Shown: piece by piece, positions 13,440-25,199 of the stretch
How the letters are laid out: the number at the start of each line of letters is the position of its first letter
How positions within the stretch are numbered: position 1 is the first letter of the stretch
NCBI GenBank assembly: GCA_964016885.1
Contig: OZ024742.1
Location: 271,560,001 to 271,624,000, forward strand
Length of the DNA stretch: 64,000 bases
Direction: 5' to 3'
Source of the DNA: Eledone cirrhosa
Lineage: Eukaryota
Program-made: the position numbers and the translations under genes
Notes under the pieces: generated by a model
What the model was told of the DNA's origin: nothing
The model's database searches: none
Seen by the model: only the letters and a program-made list of their open reading frames with translations

Positions 13440-13797
13440 ATTGTTTCTACTTTTGGCACAAGGCCAGCAATAACCCAGTAGATTACTGGTACTTTATTTT
13501 ATCGACCCCGTAAGGATGAAAGGCAAAGTTAACCACGGTGGGATTTGAACTCAGAATGGCAAAGGCCGTAACACTATGCATCAAAGCATGGCGTCCGACC
13601 CTCTACCGATACTGCCAATTCACCGTCTTTAATATAATATAATAATAATAATTGTTTCTACTTTAGGCACAAGGCCAGCAATTAACCAGTTCATTACTGG
13701 TACTTTATTTTATCGACCCCGTAAGGATGAAAGGCAAAGTCAACCTCGGCGGGATTTGAACTCAGATCGTAAAGGGACGTAACTATGCTTGAAAGCA
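13440..13797 (-). mobile_element. Two tandem tRNA-SINEs (subtype A 13440-13628, subtype B 13651-13797)
   Basis: Minus strand has an A-box-like tggcagtatcgg and B-box gagttcaaatccc. The subtypes differ diagnostically: agaatggcaa..ggccgtaac versus agatcgtaaagggacgtaac. Confidence 0.9.
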
Positions 13798-14109
13798 TAT
13801 AATAATGATAAGCAACAAGTCGAACAATTACAGAAAATAACAAAGACAAAATCTAACGCAACATCAAAAGAAAAACAAATTTCAAAAGTGTTGAACGCAA
13901 CAATCCCTACCCCCTCCCCATCGTAGCTATGAATACGAGCTAAGCGTAGCTAAAATTAAAAAAAACAGCTGCAGCAGCAACAACCACACTAGTAACCGAT
14001 GTACTGGCCTTTCAAACATTATAATGAAACTTATTTTTATTTTTCTATGTTTTTATTTATTTATTTGTTTATTTATTTATGTTCATCTACAGTGTGATGG
14101 TTCCACGCT

Positions 14110-14865
14110 AAAACCACCGGGGGTGATGGAATCAGGGGTGGTTATGTAACCATACATTCACCATTCCTCGATATGAGTGTTTAAATGTCGAACCTATACA
14201 GTTTGAATAACGATGAAAAAGAGACTGGAAAATCATGTGAAATACTCTCACCCAGCAAGTGCTCCCTGGCCCAGCAGCAGGGACCTGGCTGTCATCCAAA
14301 TACTGCTGGTGTTGGAGGAAGAAAAAGGAGAGGGACAAGAACCAACGGAAGAATTGAATAGAACTGTCATGAAATGTTACCTGAAGCGTAACCTCATGGA
14401 AAACCTCATGCAAACGGATGAATAACATCTGGAACGAGATTTGTCTATTTAAATTAGATGAACAAAAATCGGTGGGGCAGGCTCGGGTAATAAGAACTAA
14501 TGTATAGATAAGCGAGTTGGAACTGGAGGAACTGAACAGAAAGATGAAGTTGGAAATGGAGAGTGGAGTATGCCAGGCAAACGAGCCAGAGGAAAATGAA
14601 GGTGAAGAGGTTGAGAGACCTGAGGAAATGAATGCTGACGGGCTAGGGCAAGATTTGGTTGATATCCTGAACTTAGTGGTAGATGAAAGGAGCGATGATA
14701 GTGGAAAACCTATGGATCTAAGATTTGAAGACATGAACAAGATAAAAGAAACAACAGCTAAGGTAATGAAAGTGATCCCATTCTTTGAGGCGAAGAAACT
14801 TCACCAAATCAACAATGTCCTCAAAGCAACCGCAAATGCGTTGAGGAAATTACTTGGCATAAAAA
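14110..14865 (+). mobile_element. 5' fragment of a second R4/Dong family
   Basis: Homologous to 16440-17230 (gcaagtgctccctggcccagca..., EELNRTVMKCYLKR, Glu-rich N-terminus); interrupted by a Tx1 fragment at about 14866. Confidence 0.7.
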
Positions 14866-15585
14866 TTGTCCCTTCTTCAATCCCGCATCCCAGGATCCAG
14901 CAGAGTTCCATTCCTGGTAGAATCCTGGGAATGCACACTCGAACCGTTTTCATTCCCATGTGAGACGGGTTCATAAATACATTGCAGGGTGTTACTGAGT
15001 GTTTCATAGCGGGGGCATCCGACTTAAGCAGCACCGAAATTGTGCCGAATTTTCTACCCTTATTCATGTACTTAGTCTCATACATTTCAGCACAGCCTCT
15101 TTCTTCGTCTGCCCGCTTTGCGAGTATGCGCCGAAATGCATCTGAACATAATTGTCCTCCATTCTACCGCTTCCATTTTCTCTGCTGGGACGGTTAAGTT
15201 GGTTCAGTTTTGCTCACGTCTAATTAGCCGCCATGTCTGGGCATACAATTTTCATTTTTTTCGCTAAGGCCCATGCTATCATATCTTTTTCTTTGCTGCT
15301 GCAGCAGCGAAAGCCTTTTTGCTGCTATTCGTGTTGCTCTTCTTGGTCACATTTTTATTGATGATGGTGATGCTGCTGTTGTTGGTTTGGTCAGTGTCAT
15401 TGGTCTTGTTTTCCTTTTCCTTTATGTTGTTCGTGTTATTGGTGTTTTTATTGTCATTCTGGCGTTTGGAGTTGGTGTAGTTATTTTAAATTCGTTATTT
15501 TTCTTGGAGCTGTTGGAGTTGTTGCCGTTCTTTTGTTCACTTGATTCGTTTCTGGTGTTGTTGCTGCTGCTATTGTTGTGGTTGT

Positions 15586-15619
<34 letters not shown>

Positions 15620-15870
15620 TTTGTCATTGATAACATTTTCGGTTGTCCATTCTTACCGTAAAAACGATTTTGTTTTGTTTATTTTGCATGTCGTCTACCT
15701 GTAGACAACGGACGTTCAAACTGCTCTCTGCGTCTCTACATGTATATACAGTTTCGGAGACGTGTCGTGGTGTCTCCATGATTGTTATATTCAATAAAAT
15801 GAAATATAAAAATGAGAGAACCAAAATAATAAGGAAGCGGGAGGAAGTTAGATGTCAACTTGTCTAGTAG
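14866..15870 (-). mobile_element. Tx1 ORF1/5' fragment (copy 3)
   Basis: RKFGTISVLLKSDAPAMKHSVTP..MGMKTVRVCIPRILPGME is homologous to copy 2 ORF1 (KQFGTKSVLFKTEAIAIKHSVTP); similar low-complexity N-terminus. Confidence 0.75.
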
Positions 15871-15878
15871 CAGTAATA

Positions 15879-16055
15879 ACTGTTTCTACTTTTGGCATAA
15901 GGCCAGCATTTACTCCAGTGCATTACTGGTACCTTATTTTATCGACTCCGTAAGGATGAAAGGCAAAGTTAACCTTTCATCCTTACGGGTTCGATAAAAT
16001 ACAGTACCAGTAATGCACTGGAATAATTGCTGGCCTTGTGCCAAATGTAGTAGCA
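15879..16055. repeat. Fold-back palindrome made of two head-to-head SINE 3' halves
   Basis: 15879-15963 is the reverse complement of about 15973-16055, with several mismatches. Confidence 0.9.
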
Positions 16056-16439
16056 GTAATAGCAGATATATATTAGTGAGACATACAGAAATGTAACACC
16101 CCACCTGCACCGCCTTCGCTGCAAAGTTTAGATTAGCCGAAGAAAACAGCAATAACAACTGTAGAAACACAAGTGACATCATCAAGTAAACATCAATCTA
16201 TTTATAGACTAGCGTTACTCTCCCTGATAAAAGGGAACAATAACCACAAAAAAACACTGTCAACAAACAATAAATATGACACCCAGCTCACCACGATCAC
16301 TATAACCAAAACCACACAGAAGCAGTAGAAAAAATAACAATTTAAAATATATGTTAATAATTATTTCAACATTAGCCACACAAGGCACTCATAAAAAACC
16401 CCATTAAATAGGACACGACGATGTTTAATGATAATAATG

Positions 16440-18740
16440 ACAACACGGGTCATGTGGGTTACATAAATTGTTCCAGTGACGGTATCGCGTTAAAAACACT
16501 GGTCCTAGGGAAAACCTCTTTATGTTACTTAAATAACGAAATTAATATGTTCATATAACTGTGTAAAGGAGGCTAGAACGTCATGTGAAGGACTTTCAAT
16601 CTGCAAGTGCTCCCTGGCCCAGCAACAGCAGTCATCTGGTTATCATTCACATCTTACTGGTGTGGGAGAAAGAAAGCACGAGATAAGAACCACTCGGATG
16701 GATGAATTGAATAAAACTGTAATGGAATGTTATCTGAAACGTGATCCTACCAAGATTAAGTTATAGACAACGAATACATAATATCTAGAACAATATCGGT
16801 CTCCTTTAATTGGGTGACCAAAAACTAGTAGATCAGGCTCATTCAATAAGAGCTTATGTAAAGATAAGCGAGTTAGAAATGGGGGAACTAAGTAGAGAGA
16901 TTAAATTGGAAATGGAAGGTGGAGTACACCAGGCAAATGAACCTGTATAAAGCGGAGAGAATCAGACGAAAACGCCAGTAGAAAATGAAGGTGATATGGT
17001 TGGGAGACCCGAGGAAGTAACCAACGAAGACAATGAACAAATACCGTAGTGAATAAAGATATAGCCATTGAGAAAATGGACGTTGGCGGGCTAGGGTTAA
17101 ATTTTGATGAAAATATGAATTTGATGGTGAATGAAATGAATAATTTTAGTGAAAATGTTATGAATCTAAGATTTGTAGACAAAATATTAAAAAAAACGAC
17201 AACTAAGTTAAACAGCAAGCCAAACAATTACCCAACAGGAAAATACCTGGACCGGTTGTTGTGCAAGGATATTGGAATAAAAATACATCTTCGCACCCGA
17301 TACTGACAGTCATGTTCAATATCTACTTGTGTCAGGTGAAAGATCGTAGTTGACAGAATGTACCACGGATCTGTTAATGAAAAACCAAGTCAAGGCAAAT
17401 TACGACATTTAGGCCTATCACATGTCTGTCCTTGGTGTGGAAATTGCTAAGAAGCATTATGTCCTATGAAATTTTCCACACACTCGACATAAACGAGCAA
17501 TTGCCAGAGGAACAGACAGGATGCCGAAAAGGAACCCGTGGTACTATAGCCATGTTACTTATTGACAATGTAATAATAAGGTACTGTAATAGGAGGCATA
17601 ATAGTCTTACCATCGGATGTATACAAGAAAGCATTCACATCGTTCTTCATCCTTGGATAACGAAATGTCTGGAAATCTTGAGTGTGGTGCACAACATCTA
17701 ACTTCTTGTAACTAGTAGCACGTAGATATGGGAAACAGAGTTTACAATAGGGAGAGAATGTTTGGGAAATGTTAAAATCAAGGGAGGTATATTTCAAGGA
17801 GATAATCTCTCATTTATTGTTTGTCCTTACCGTCATCCCCTTCTCAAACGTATTGTTTTGAGACAGAATCCGACTAAGGAAGAGGAGAATTGACTATTAA
17901 CCACCTTAAATTCACAGATGGTCTAAAACTCTACAGAAAGATCATGGATATGTACGTAAATGTGAACACTGTCCTTATATTCAGCCATGATATAACTTTG
18001 ATAACTTTGGTAGTTTTCGGCCAGTAATGGCCCAGACCATGTCTAACTTTATAGAGTCAATGGAATTTGAAGTTAATAAATATGAAATCCTATTGATGAG
18101 GAGAGGTAAATTGAAGAGAACCAACGAAAGGAATCGAGATAGCAACGGATGAGATAATAAAGGGGATCGACACCAAAGAGGTGTATAGTGTCCTTGAGAC
18201 AAATAACGTCAATTACAATAAAATTAAGGAGATGATAAGATGTGAATATATACGGTGACTAAAGAACATTCTAAAATTACATCTGAAGAGTAGAAATGCC
18301 ATAAGTGCAGAAATCTGACGAGCTATGTCTATTGTAATGAACAGTGCGGGGATTCTTAAATGGAATGTAAAAGAACTGGAAAGAAAAACAAATATATTAG
18401 TGATTATCCACAGTATGTTTCGTAAGAAGTGTGATGTTTATAGACTATACTCAAAAGAGTTGAAGGCAAATATGATCTTATTATCGTGGAGAACTGTGTT
18501 AAGATGATAATGAGATGTTCATATAAATATCCGTCTAAGAATAATGAGCTCATGTTTTCTTTTGAAAGAGAAGATAATATACAACGAGATATACGAGAAA
18601 TGAGAATCGATAAAAAGGAACAACAACCTCTATCACAAAGCTCTTCATAGTGTCTTCACGAAGAAAACATAATTCAGAGATCCGCAGACATGAGACTTGT
18701 CAAAAAAGCAACGTTGTCAAGGGAGCACAATGAATAAACT
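16440..18740 (+). mobile_element. Old, highly decayed R4/Dong-type element
   Basis: Residual motifs FRPITCLSLVWKLL (about 17409), LPEEQTGCRKGTRGT, GIFQGDN (about 17785) and INHLKFTDGLKLY (about 17896). Confidence 0.8.
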
Positions 18741-18867
18741 TTATTTACATATGACAATTGTTTTGATATCTGATGCGATATGTGAACGCAGAGTCGGGCT
18801 CCGTTCATTACGGTTGTATTCTGAGTTGATTGATATCGAAACAATGTTCATATGCAAATAAAGATTA

Positions 18868-19722
18868 CTAGCTGACGTACCCAGCTTTTCCCGGGTAAAC
18901 AGATGATAAGAGAAGAAGGTAAAAGAGAAAATGACTGTATTGGATGTTTGTCTGGTTACAGTATGAGGCGAGTCCGTGGTGTCTGTGCGATAAAAAAAAC
19001 AGTAAAAACATATTCCAGATAGACCTGATTCTTCTTTGTACCGTTTGTGCATCGTATATGAACAATGCTAGGTGCTCCCACCTAGAATAGTGACCTCTAG
19101 GTGATGGTTCATCTTCTACCTGACTTTAAAACGTGTATCATTGCATAGACGGGGTTGTTCTACGTTTCTTAAAAGGATGATGGACGTTCCAATCTTTTAT
19201 ATTATATGTAAATATAGATATAGATAATTAATATAAAAGATGATGCTCAACCAGTTCGTCTTCAACCATCGCAGTACGCCGTCGCTGTTTGGCTCCAGTG
19301 TTTCGTTGGCATTGTTCAGCCAGCTCCTCTTATTTCATGCTGGCACGTCTTCGCCTCTGAAGTTCTGTGTTCCGATGGCGCTGTTCGGCCCGTTTTTCTT
19401 CATTCCTGGCTGAACGCCGTCGCCGCTGTAGTTCACTGTTTGATAAAGTCGAATTGCTTTTACTTTCTGTGGAACGCCGCACGCACGAACACACACATAA
19501 ACACACGCGCACGTACATATACACGCACACATGGTAATAGTTACAGCGTTCACTTTGCCTCTCTGTTTCTTACTCTCCCCTCTCACTCCCTTATTGGCAT
19601 TACGCATATTAATTTAAGTTTAGCATCGTTGAGGTGGGCGGAGTCGTTTGAAACCTATGAACCAATGATAATCGAGAATTATGACACACGGAATACTGAC
19701 ATTGTTGAAATTAATATATAGA
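18868..19722 (-). mobile_element. Non-autonomous Helitron (composite)
   Basis: Minus strand begins A|TCtatatatt and ends with hairpin acccgggaaaagctgggt, then acgtcagCTAG|T. No TSD; inserted between A and T. Confidence 0.8.
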
Positions 19723-19910
19723 TTAATGGTGCAGCATTGACTTCGTTTTTGCTTATTTGTATTTACACCCTGCACGTTACAGGCGCCTTAAACTTGGAAT
19801 ACACAGAAATACAAACCCCACACAAACGGACGCTACTAATAGCATTGAGTGCTTATCGACGAAACTCAAGTAATTACTATAGTTACATACATTGCCTACA
19901 ATTATATATA

Positions 19911-19957
19911 TATGTGTGGGTGTATGTGTGTGGGTGTAGTTTTGTGTGTATGTGTGC

Positions 19958-19993
<36 letters not shown>

Positions 19994-20037
19994 GCACACA
20001 TACACACAAAACTACACCCACACACATACACCCACAC

Positions 20038-20040
<3 letters not shown>
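19911..20040. repeat. Near-perfect palindrome with (TA)n core
   Basis: About 50-bp GT-rich arm, (TA)n, then its reverse complement with 1 mismatch. Confidence 0.9.
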
Positions 20041-20091
<51 letters not shown>

Positions 20092-20819
20092 GCATATATA
20101 TTAATTTACCGAAGCAGCCTCTGCAGAATGTTGACACAAGTCGAATTATTTGAGATAAATCCCTATACACTCATTAATTCAAGAAATGAATTCTTTGGTT
20201 TAGATTGAACACTTGAAACATTGAAAAGAACGACTAGCAATAATCATTCAGACGGTGTGTATAACTTTTTATAGTAGACAACAACAAATACCAAGGGGAA
20301 AAACTATATTTATTCGGAATGTAGTGGTACACATTAAGAGTAATTGCATAAGTACTTGGGCTGGAGTAGCTTACTTAGCAGGCATTTTCCGAAATGAATC
20401 CCAGTTTCGTCTGGCTTTATGAGATATCGATATGGGAGTTCGCAGTGTGAATAACTAATGAAATGTTCAATAAGACCTAAATTAAACGCTTGAACACGTT
20501 TTCTTAAAGAGACCAATCTATTGGAAATAGTTAAAGTAATTTATTGACGTTTCATTCGTACAGAGTCAACCCAAGCCAAATTATTTTGGTTGTCAGTATA
20601 CATCTAATGATTCAAGAATTCAATACAGAGTGGAATCTTATGCTATTGAAACGAAAGATCAGGAATAATCCTGTAGACAGTATATATGACATCTACACGA
20701 GGAAAGAACATCAAGATATTCCAAAGGGAAAATATATTTACCCAGATTTTAATGGTTTATTATGCAACATCTGTTAGTGCAGTTATATATATATATATAT
20801 AGATATATATATATATATT

Positions 20820-21029
20820 TCGTTTCTGAATTTGTTTAGCAAGATTCTTTATCTGAAAACGTGTGATAAAACCGATATTGTTATGTTTTGGGAGGGTGAG
20901 GTTGCCAATAAGAAACCCACGCACCAGTTGCTTTCACTCCAATGTAATATAAATTAAATTTATAATAAATTGGTGTGAAAACGACTGGTTCGTGTGTTTC
21001 TTATTGGCAACATGACCATCCCAAATCAT

Positions 21030-21036
<7 letters not shown>
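20820..21036. repeat. Imperfect fold-back (arms about 20874-20943 and 20970-21036) between (TA)n tracts
   Basis: atattgttatgttttggga..gttgccaataagaaac..accagt versus actggt..gtttcttattggcaac..tcccaaatcataacaatat. Confidence 0.8.
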
Positions 21037-21124
<88 letters not shown>

Positions 21125-21260
21125 CAAAGAGATAGGTAATTTGTTGGTTATTCAGTTATTCAACAAATGTATTTATAACAGATTCGAACCATTCTACAGG
21201 TTTCTGGAGTATAATATTAATGATATTAATAATTGGAAACTATATTTATGAAACCATATT

Positions 21261-21321
21261 TATTTTATTATATATATTTCAAGGGAACCAACATTTTGGT
21301 ACCATCTCATCAGATAAAATA
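21261..21321 (-). ncRNA. Minimal type-I hammerhead ribozyme
   Basis: Minus strand: tattttat-CTGATGA-gatggtaccaaaatgttggttccctt-GAAA-tatata-TA-ataaaata. Stem I has 8 bp, stem II is imperfect and the mini stem III is palindromic. Confidence 0.75.
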
Positions 21322-21480
21322 CAAAATTTGTTTTATAAATGGTGACATACCCACGAAACCCGACCTTATCGGTTCAGGTTCAGTTTGGATAGTGAAAGAA
21401 AAATTTCAAATCTTTAGGATGAATATGTACATGAGGTTCAAACGTAAGGCTGAAAAAAGATCATTATATTTAGACGCTAG

Positions 21481-21575
21481 ATTGACTTTGCCTTTCATCC
21501 TTACGGGGTCGATAAAATAAAGTACCAGTAATGCACTGGGTAATTGCTGGCCTTGTGCCTAGAGTAGAAACAATT
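21481..21575 (+). mobile_element. 5'-truncated SINE with about 20-bp TSD (attatatttagacgctagat)
   Basis: Duplication seen at about 21463-21482 and 21573-21592. Confidence 0.88.
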
Positions 21576-21827
21576 ATATTTAGACGCTAGATAAATTTAA
21601 ATAAATATTAGGATAATTTATAAAGGGAAGAAGAAAAAGAAAGAGAGACTAATATTAATATTAGGGTGTAAGAAATTTAAGGAATAATTATGAGAAAACA
21701 TTTTAGTTAGAAATACACTATTATTATTAAGATAAAATTGTATGAATCATATCAGTGATGGTGTAAAGAGTGTGATATTATTATATTTAATTATATAATC
21801 ATATATTTTGGTAGTATCTATAAAATA

Positions 21828-22706
21828 ATTGTTTCTACTTTTGGCACAAGGCCAGCAATTACCCAGTAAATTACTGGTACTTATTTTATCGAACCCGTAA
21901 GGATGAAAACCAAAGTTAACCTCGGCGGGATTTGAACTCAGAATGGCAAGGGCCGTAACTCTTTGCTACAAAGCATGGCGTCCGACCCTCTACCGATACT
22001 GCCAACCCACCGTAGTATCTATAAAATAATTGTTTCGACTTTAGCTACAAGGTCAGCACTTACCAATGCATTACTGGTACTTTATTGTATCGACCCCGTA
22101 AGGATGAAAGGCAAAGTCAACCTCGGCGGGATTTGAACTCTGATCGTAAAGGGACGTAACTATGCTGGAAAGCATGGCGTCCGACCCTCCACCGTATCTA
22201 TAAAATAATTGTTTCTACGTTAGGCACAAGGCCAGCAATTACCCAGTGTATTACTGGTACTTTATTTTATCGACCCCGTAAGGATGAAAGGCAAAGTTAA
22301 CCTCGGCGGGATTTGAACTCAGAATGGCAATAAAATAATTGTTTCTACTTTAGGCACAAGGCCAGCAATTATCCAGTATATTACTGGTACTTTATTTTAT
22401 CGACCCCGTAAGGATGAAAGGCAAAGTCAACCTCGGCGGGATTTGAACTCAGATCGTAAAGGGACGTAACTATGCTGGAAAGCATGGCGTCCGACCCTCC
22501 ACCGATACTGCCAATCCACCAATAAAATAATTGTTTCTACTTTTGGCACAAGGCCAGCAATTTCCCAGTGTATTACTGGTACTTTATTTTATCGACCCCG
22601 TAAGGATGAAAGGCAAAGTTAACCTCGGCGGGATTTGAACTCAGAATGGCAAGGGCCGTAACTCTATGCGTCAAAGCATGGCGTCCGACCCTCTACCGAT
22701 ACTGCC
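21828..22706 (-). mobile_element. Stack of five tRNA-SINEs (A-B-A-B-A) in one target site
   Basis: Copies start at about 21828, 22028, 22207, 22338 and 22529, separated by pieces of gtagtatctataaaataatt. Confidence 0.92.
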
Positions 22707-24743
22707 TGAGAGTTAAAAATGTGTTGAAGGGGTAGAATACCAATTTAATATTTTTAAAATTTGAGATATACAACTAATTATTGGATCTATTCAAATCATT
22801 ATAATATTATATAGATAATATTTTAAAGTATATTTTAAGGTTGTAAGTATATTTTAGTTTATTATATTACAACCAGTTATTTATATAAGTATTTATATAA
22901 ATATTTATATAAATATTTGTGTTGTTAATTTCACTAGATTGATAATTTAAATTTTTTTTATATATGTTACGAAGAACTTTTTGTTTACATTTTCGATATA
23001 TAATTAAGCAAAGGACGTAGTTATACATTTTATTTGACATTATCTTGTACATTCAAATAGTTCAATCAATATAGGAAACATTGACAAAAAATGTATTAAT
23101 TCAACGTAAATAAATATTGATGTAACATTTAGTTGTTACGTAGAATGAATGTTAAGGGTGTTACATTATAAAGGAAAAGATAACACCAATGATTCTTAGT
23201 TAAAATAATTATGTTACCTTTATCATTTAATTCTAGAATCTACTTTTAAAGAAATATACAACATATGTAAATATATAATAATGGAATCTTTTAAGGTCTC
23301 TTCATCTCTCTAGGATGTACCCTTACCTAAAAATAGGGAATATTTAAAACAACTAATAGAAAAATCCGATTCTTTCATAAGGAGTCTTAAATGGCGAGCT
23401 TACCATTTTCATGACAAATCGGAAACGGCCAAAATTAAATCCAAATATAATTTGATCTTATTTTCAAATCAACCTTTCAACAAACTATTAGCAGAATTTG
23501 AAAATGAAATAATCTCCATAATAAAGAATTTTTATCTTAAAAAAGAACCAATTTATAGGCCAGGAATACCTCAAAGACCTCAAAAACAAAATAGACAATC
23601 TGGAAAATACAAAGAAGATCCTTGTAAAATCGGACAAAACCAATAACTTATACGGTATAGAAAAAGAGGCTTATAATAATTTGATATTGAATGAATTAAG
23701 GAAAAACTATAAAAAAAAAAAACTCAGATGAATATCTATCAACCTTAAATAAAGAAGCTTCGGAAATTATTTATAAATTAGGCACTCAAAATAAGACTGA
23801 ACCATTTGTGCCTATGAAACCGAGGATTAATATGAAAGACCACAAAAGAAACTTCGACGTTGAAGTACCAGTTAGACTCATCTAACCATCTAAATCTGAT
23901 TTAGGCATAATTAGCAAACATATACTAGATAGGATTATAGCAGTACTTAAGAAAAATCACATCCTAAACTATGGAACGGTACAAATGAAGTAATAGATTG
24001 GTTTGTAGACATTACATTAAAACATAAGAAAACATTTATACAAATGGATATTGTTAATTAGTACTCCTCAATTACCCCTAACCTAATAAGGCACTTATTT
24101 ATGCTTCAAGATATACCGGCTTATCTAGTGAAGAAATAAATATCATTTTAACCGCACGCAAAGCCCTAATTGAATTTAATAACCATCTCTGGACAAGGGC
24201 TGACAGACAGAACAATTTTGACATCACACTGGGATCATCTGACCCAGTTCAAGTAACATACCTCGTTGGAATATTTATTCTTAATGTACTACATTGAAAA
24301 ATGCCAGAGATGGCCGGAGGTTTATATCGCGGCGATATGTTACTTATAGTCGAAAACCATAACAATAGCTAACTTAATAGGAAAAAAAAATCTAACATAG
24401 AATTTTTCAATAATTACAACCTCAAATTAGAAATTGAGAATAATAATAAAACTGTTAACTTCTTAGATGTAACTTTAAACCTTACTTCGGGTCTATATCA
24501 CCCTTTCCATAGGACAAATGGAAATCTAAACTAGGTAAGCTTCCATTCTAACCATCGTAGAAATGTAAAAAATACTATTGACAATAGTGTCCAGCAATGA
24601 ATTTCACGCATTTCAGCTAATAAAAATATTTTTGATAATGAGGCAGAATATTACAATGATGCTTTACATAGAGCTGGCTACATGAATAAAATAAGTAGAT
24701 AACAATAACATTCAAAATCATCCTAGAATTCACTATAATAATA

Positions 24744-25130
24744 ATTGTTTCTACTATTGGCACAAGGCCAGCAATTACCCAGTACATTACTGGTACTTTA
24801 TGTTATCCACCCCGTAAGGATGAAATGCAAAGTTAACCTCGGCGGGATTTGAACTTAGAATGGCAAGGGCCTTAACTCTATGCGTCAAAGCATGGCGTCT
24901 AACCCTCTACCGATACTGCCAATTCACCACCCTTCACTATAATAATAATTATTTCTACTTTAGGCACAAGGCCAGCAATTACCCAGTGCATTACTGGTAC
25001 TTTATTTTATCGACCCTGTAAGGATGAAAGGCAAAGTCAACCTCGGCGGGATTTGAACTCAGATCGTAAAGAGACGTAACTATGCTGGAAAGCATGGCGT
25101 CCGACCCTCTACCGACACTGTCAATCCACC
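24744..25130 (-). mobile_element. Two tandem SINEs (A then B) with TSD cactataataataat
   Basis: The TSD appears three times (about 24731, 24935 and 25130); inserted inside the PLE ORF. Confidence 0.9.
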
Positions 25131-25132
25131 AC

Positions 25133-25198
<66 letters not shown>

Positions 25199-25199
<1 letters not shown>

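Noticed and set aside
13535-13628. tRNA gene
   Set aside because: A and B boxes are present, but no cloverleaf could be formed and the sequence is always attached to the SINE body.
20334-20516. PLE RT fragment (YLIKPDETG resembling IKxADK)
   Set aside because: Single weak motif with no supporting downstream RT motifs.
21828-22706. CRISPR-like repeat/spacer array
   Set aside because: Repeats are 120-185-bp SINEs with Pol III boxes, the spacers are target-site duplications, the context is eukaryotic and there are no cas genes.
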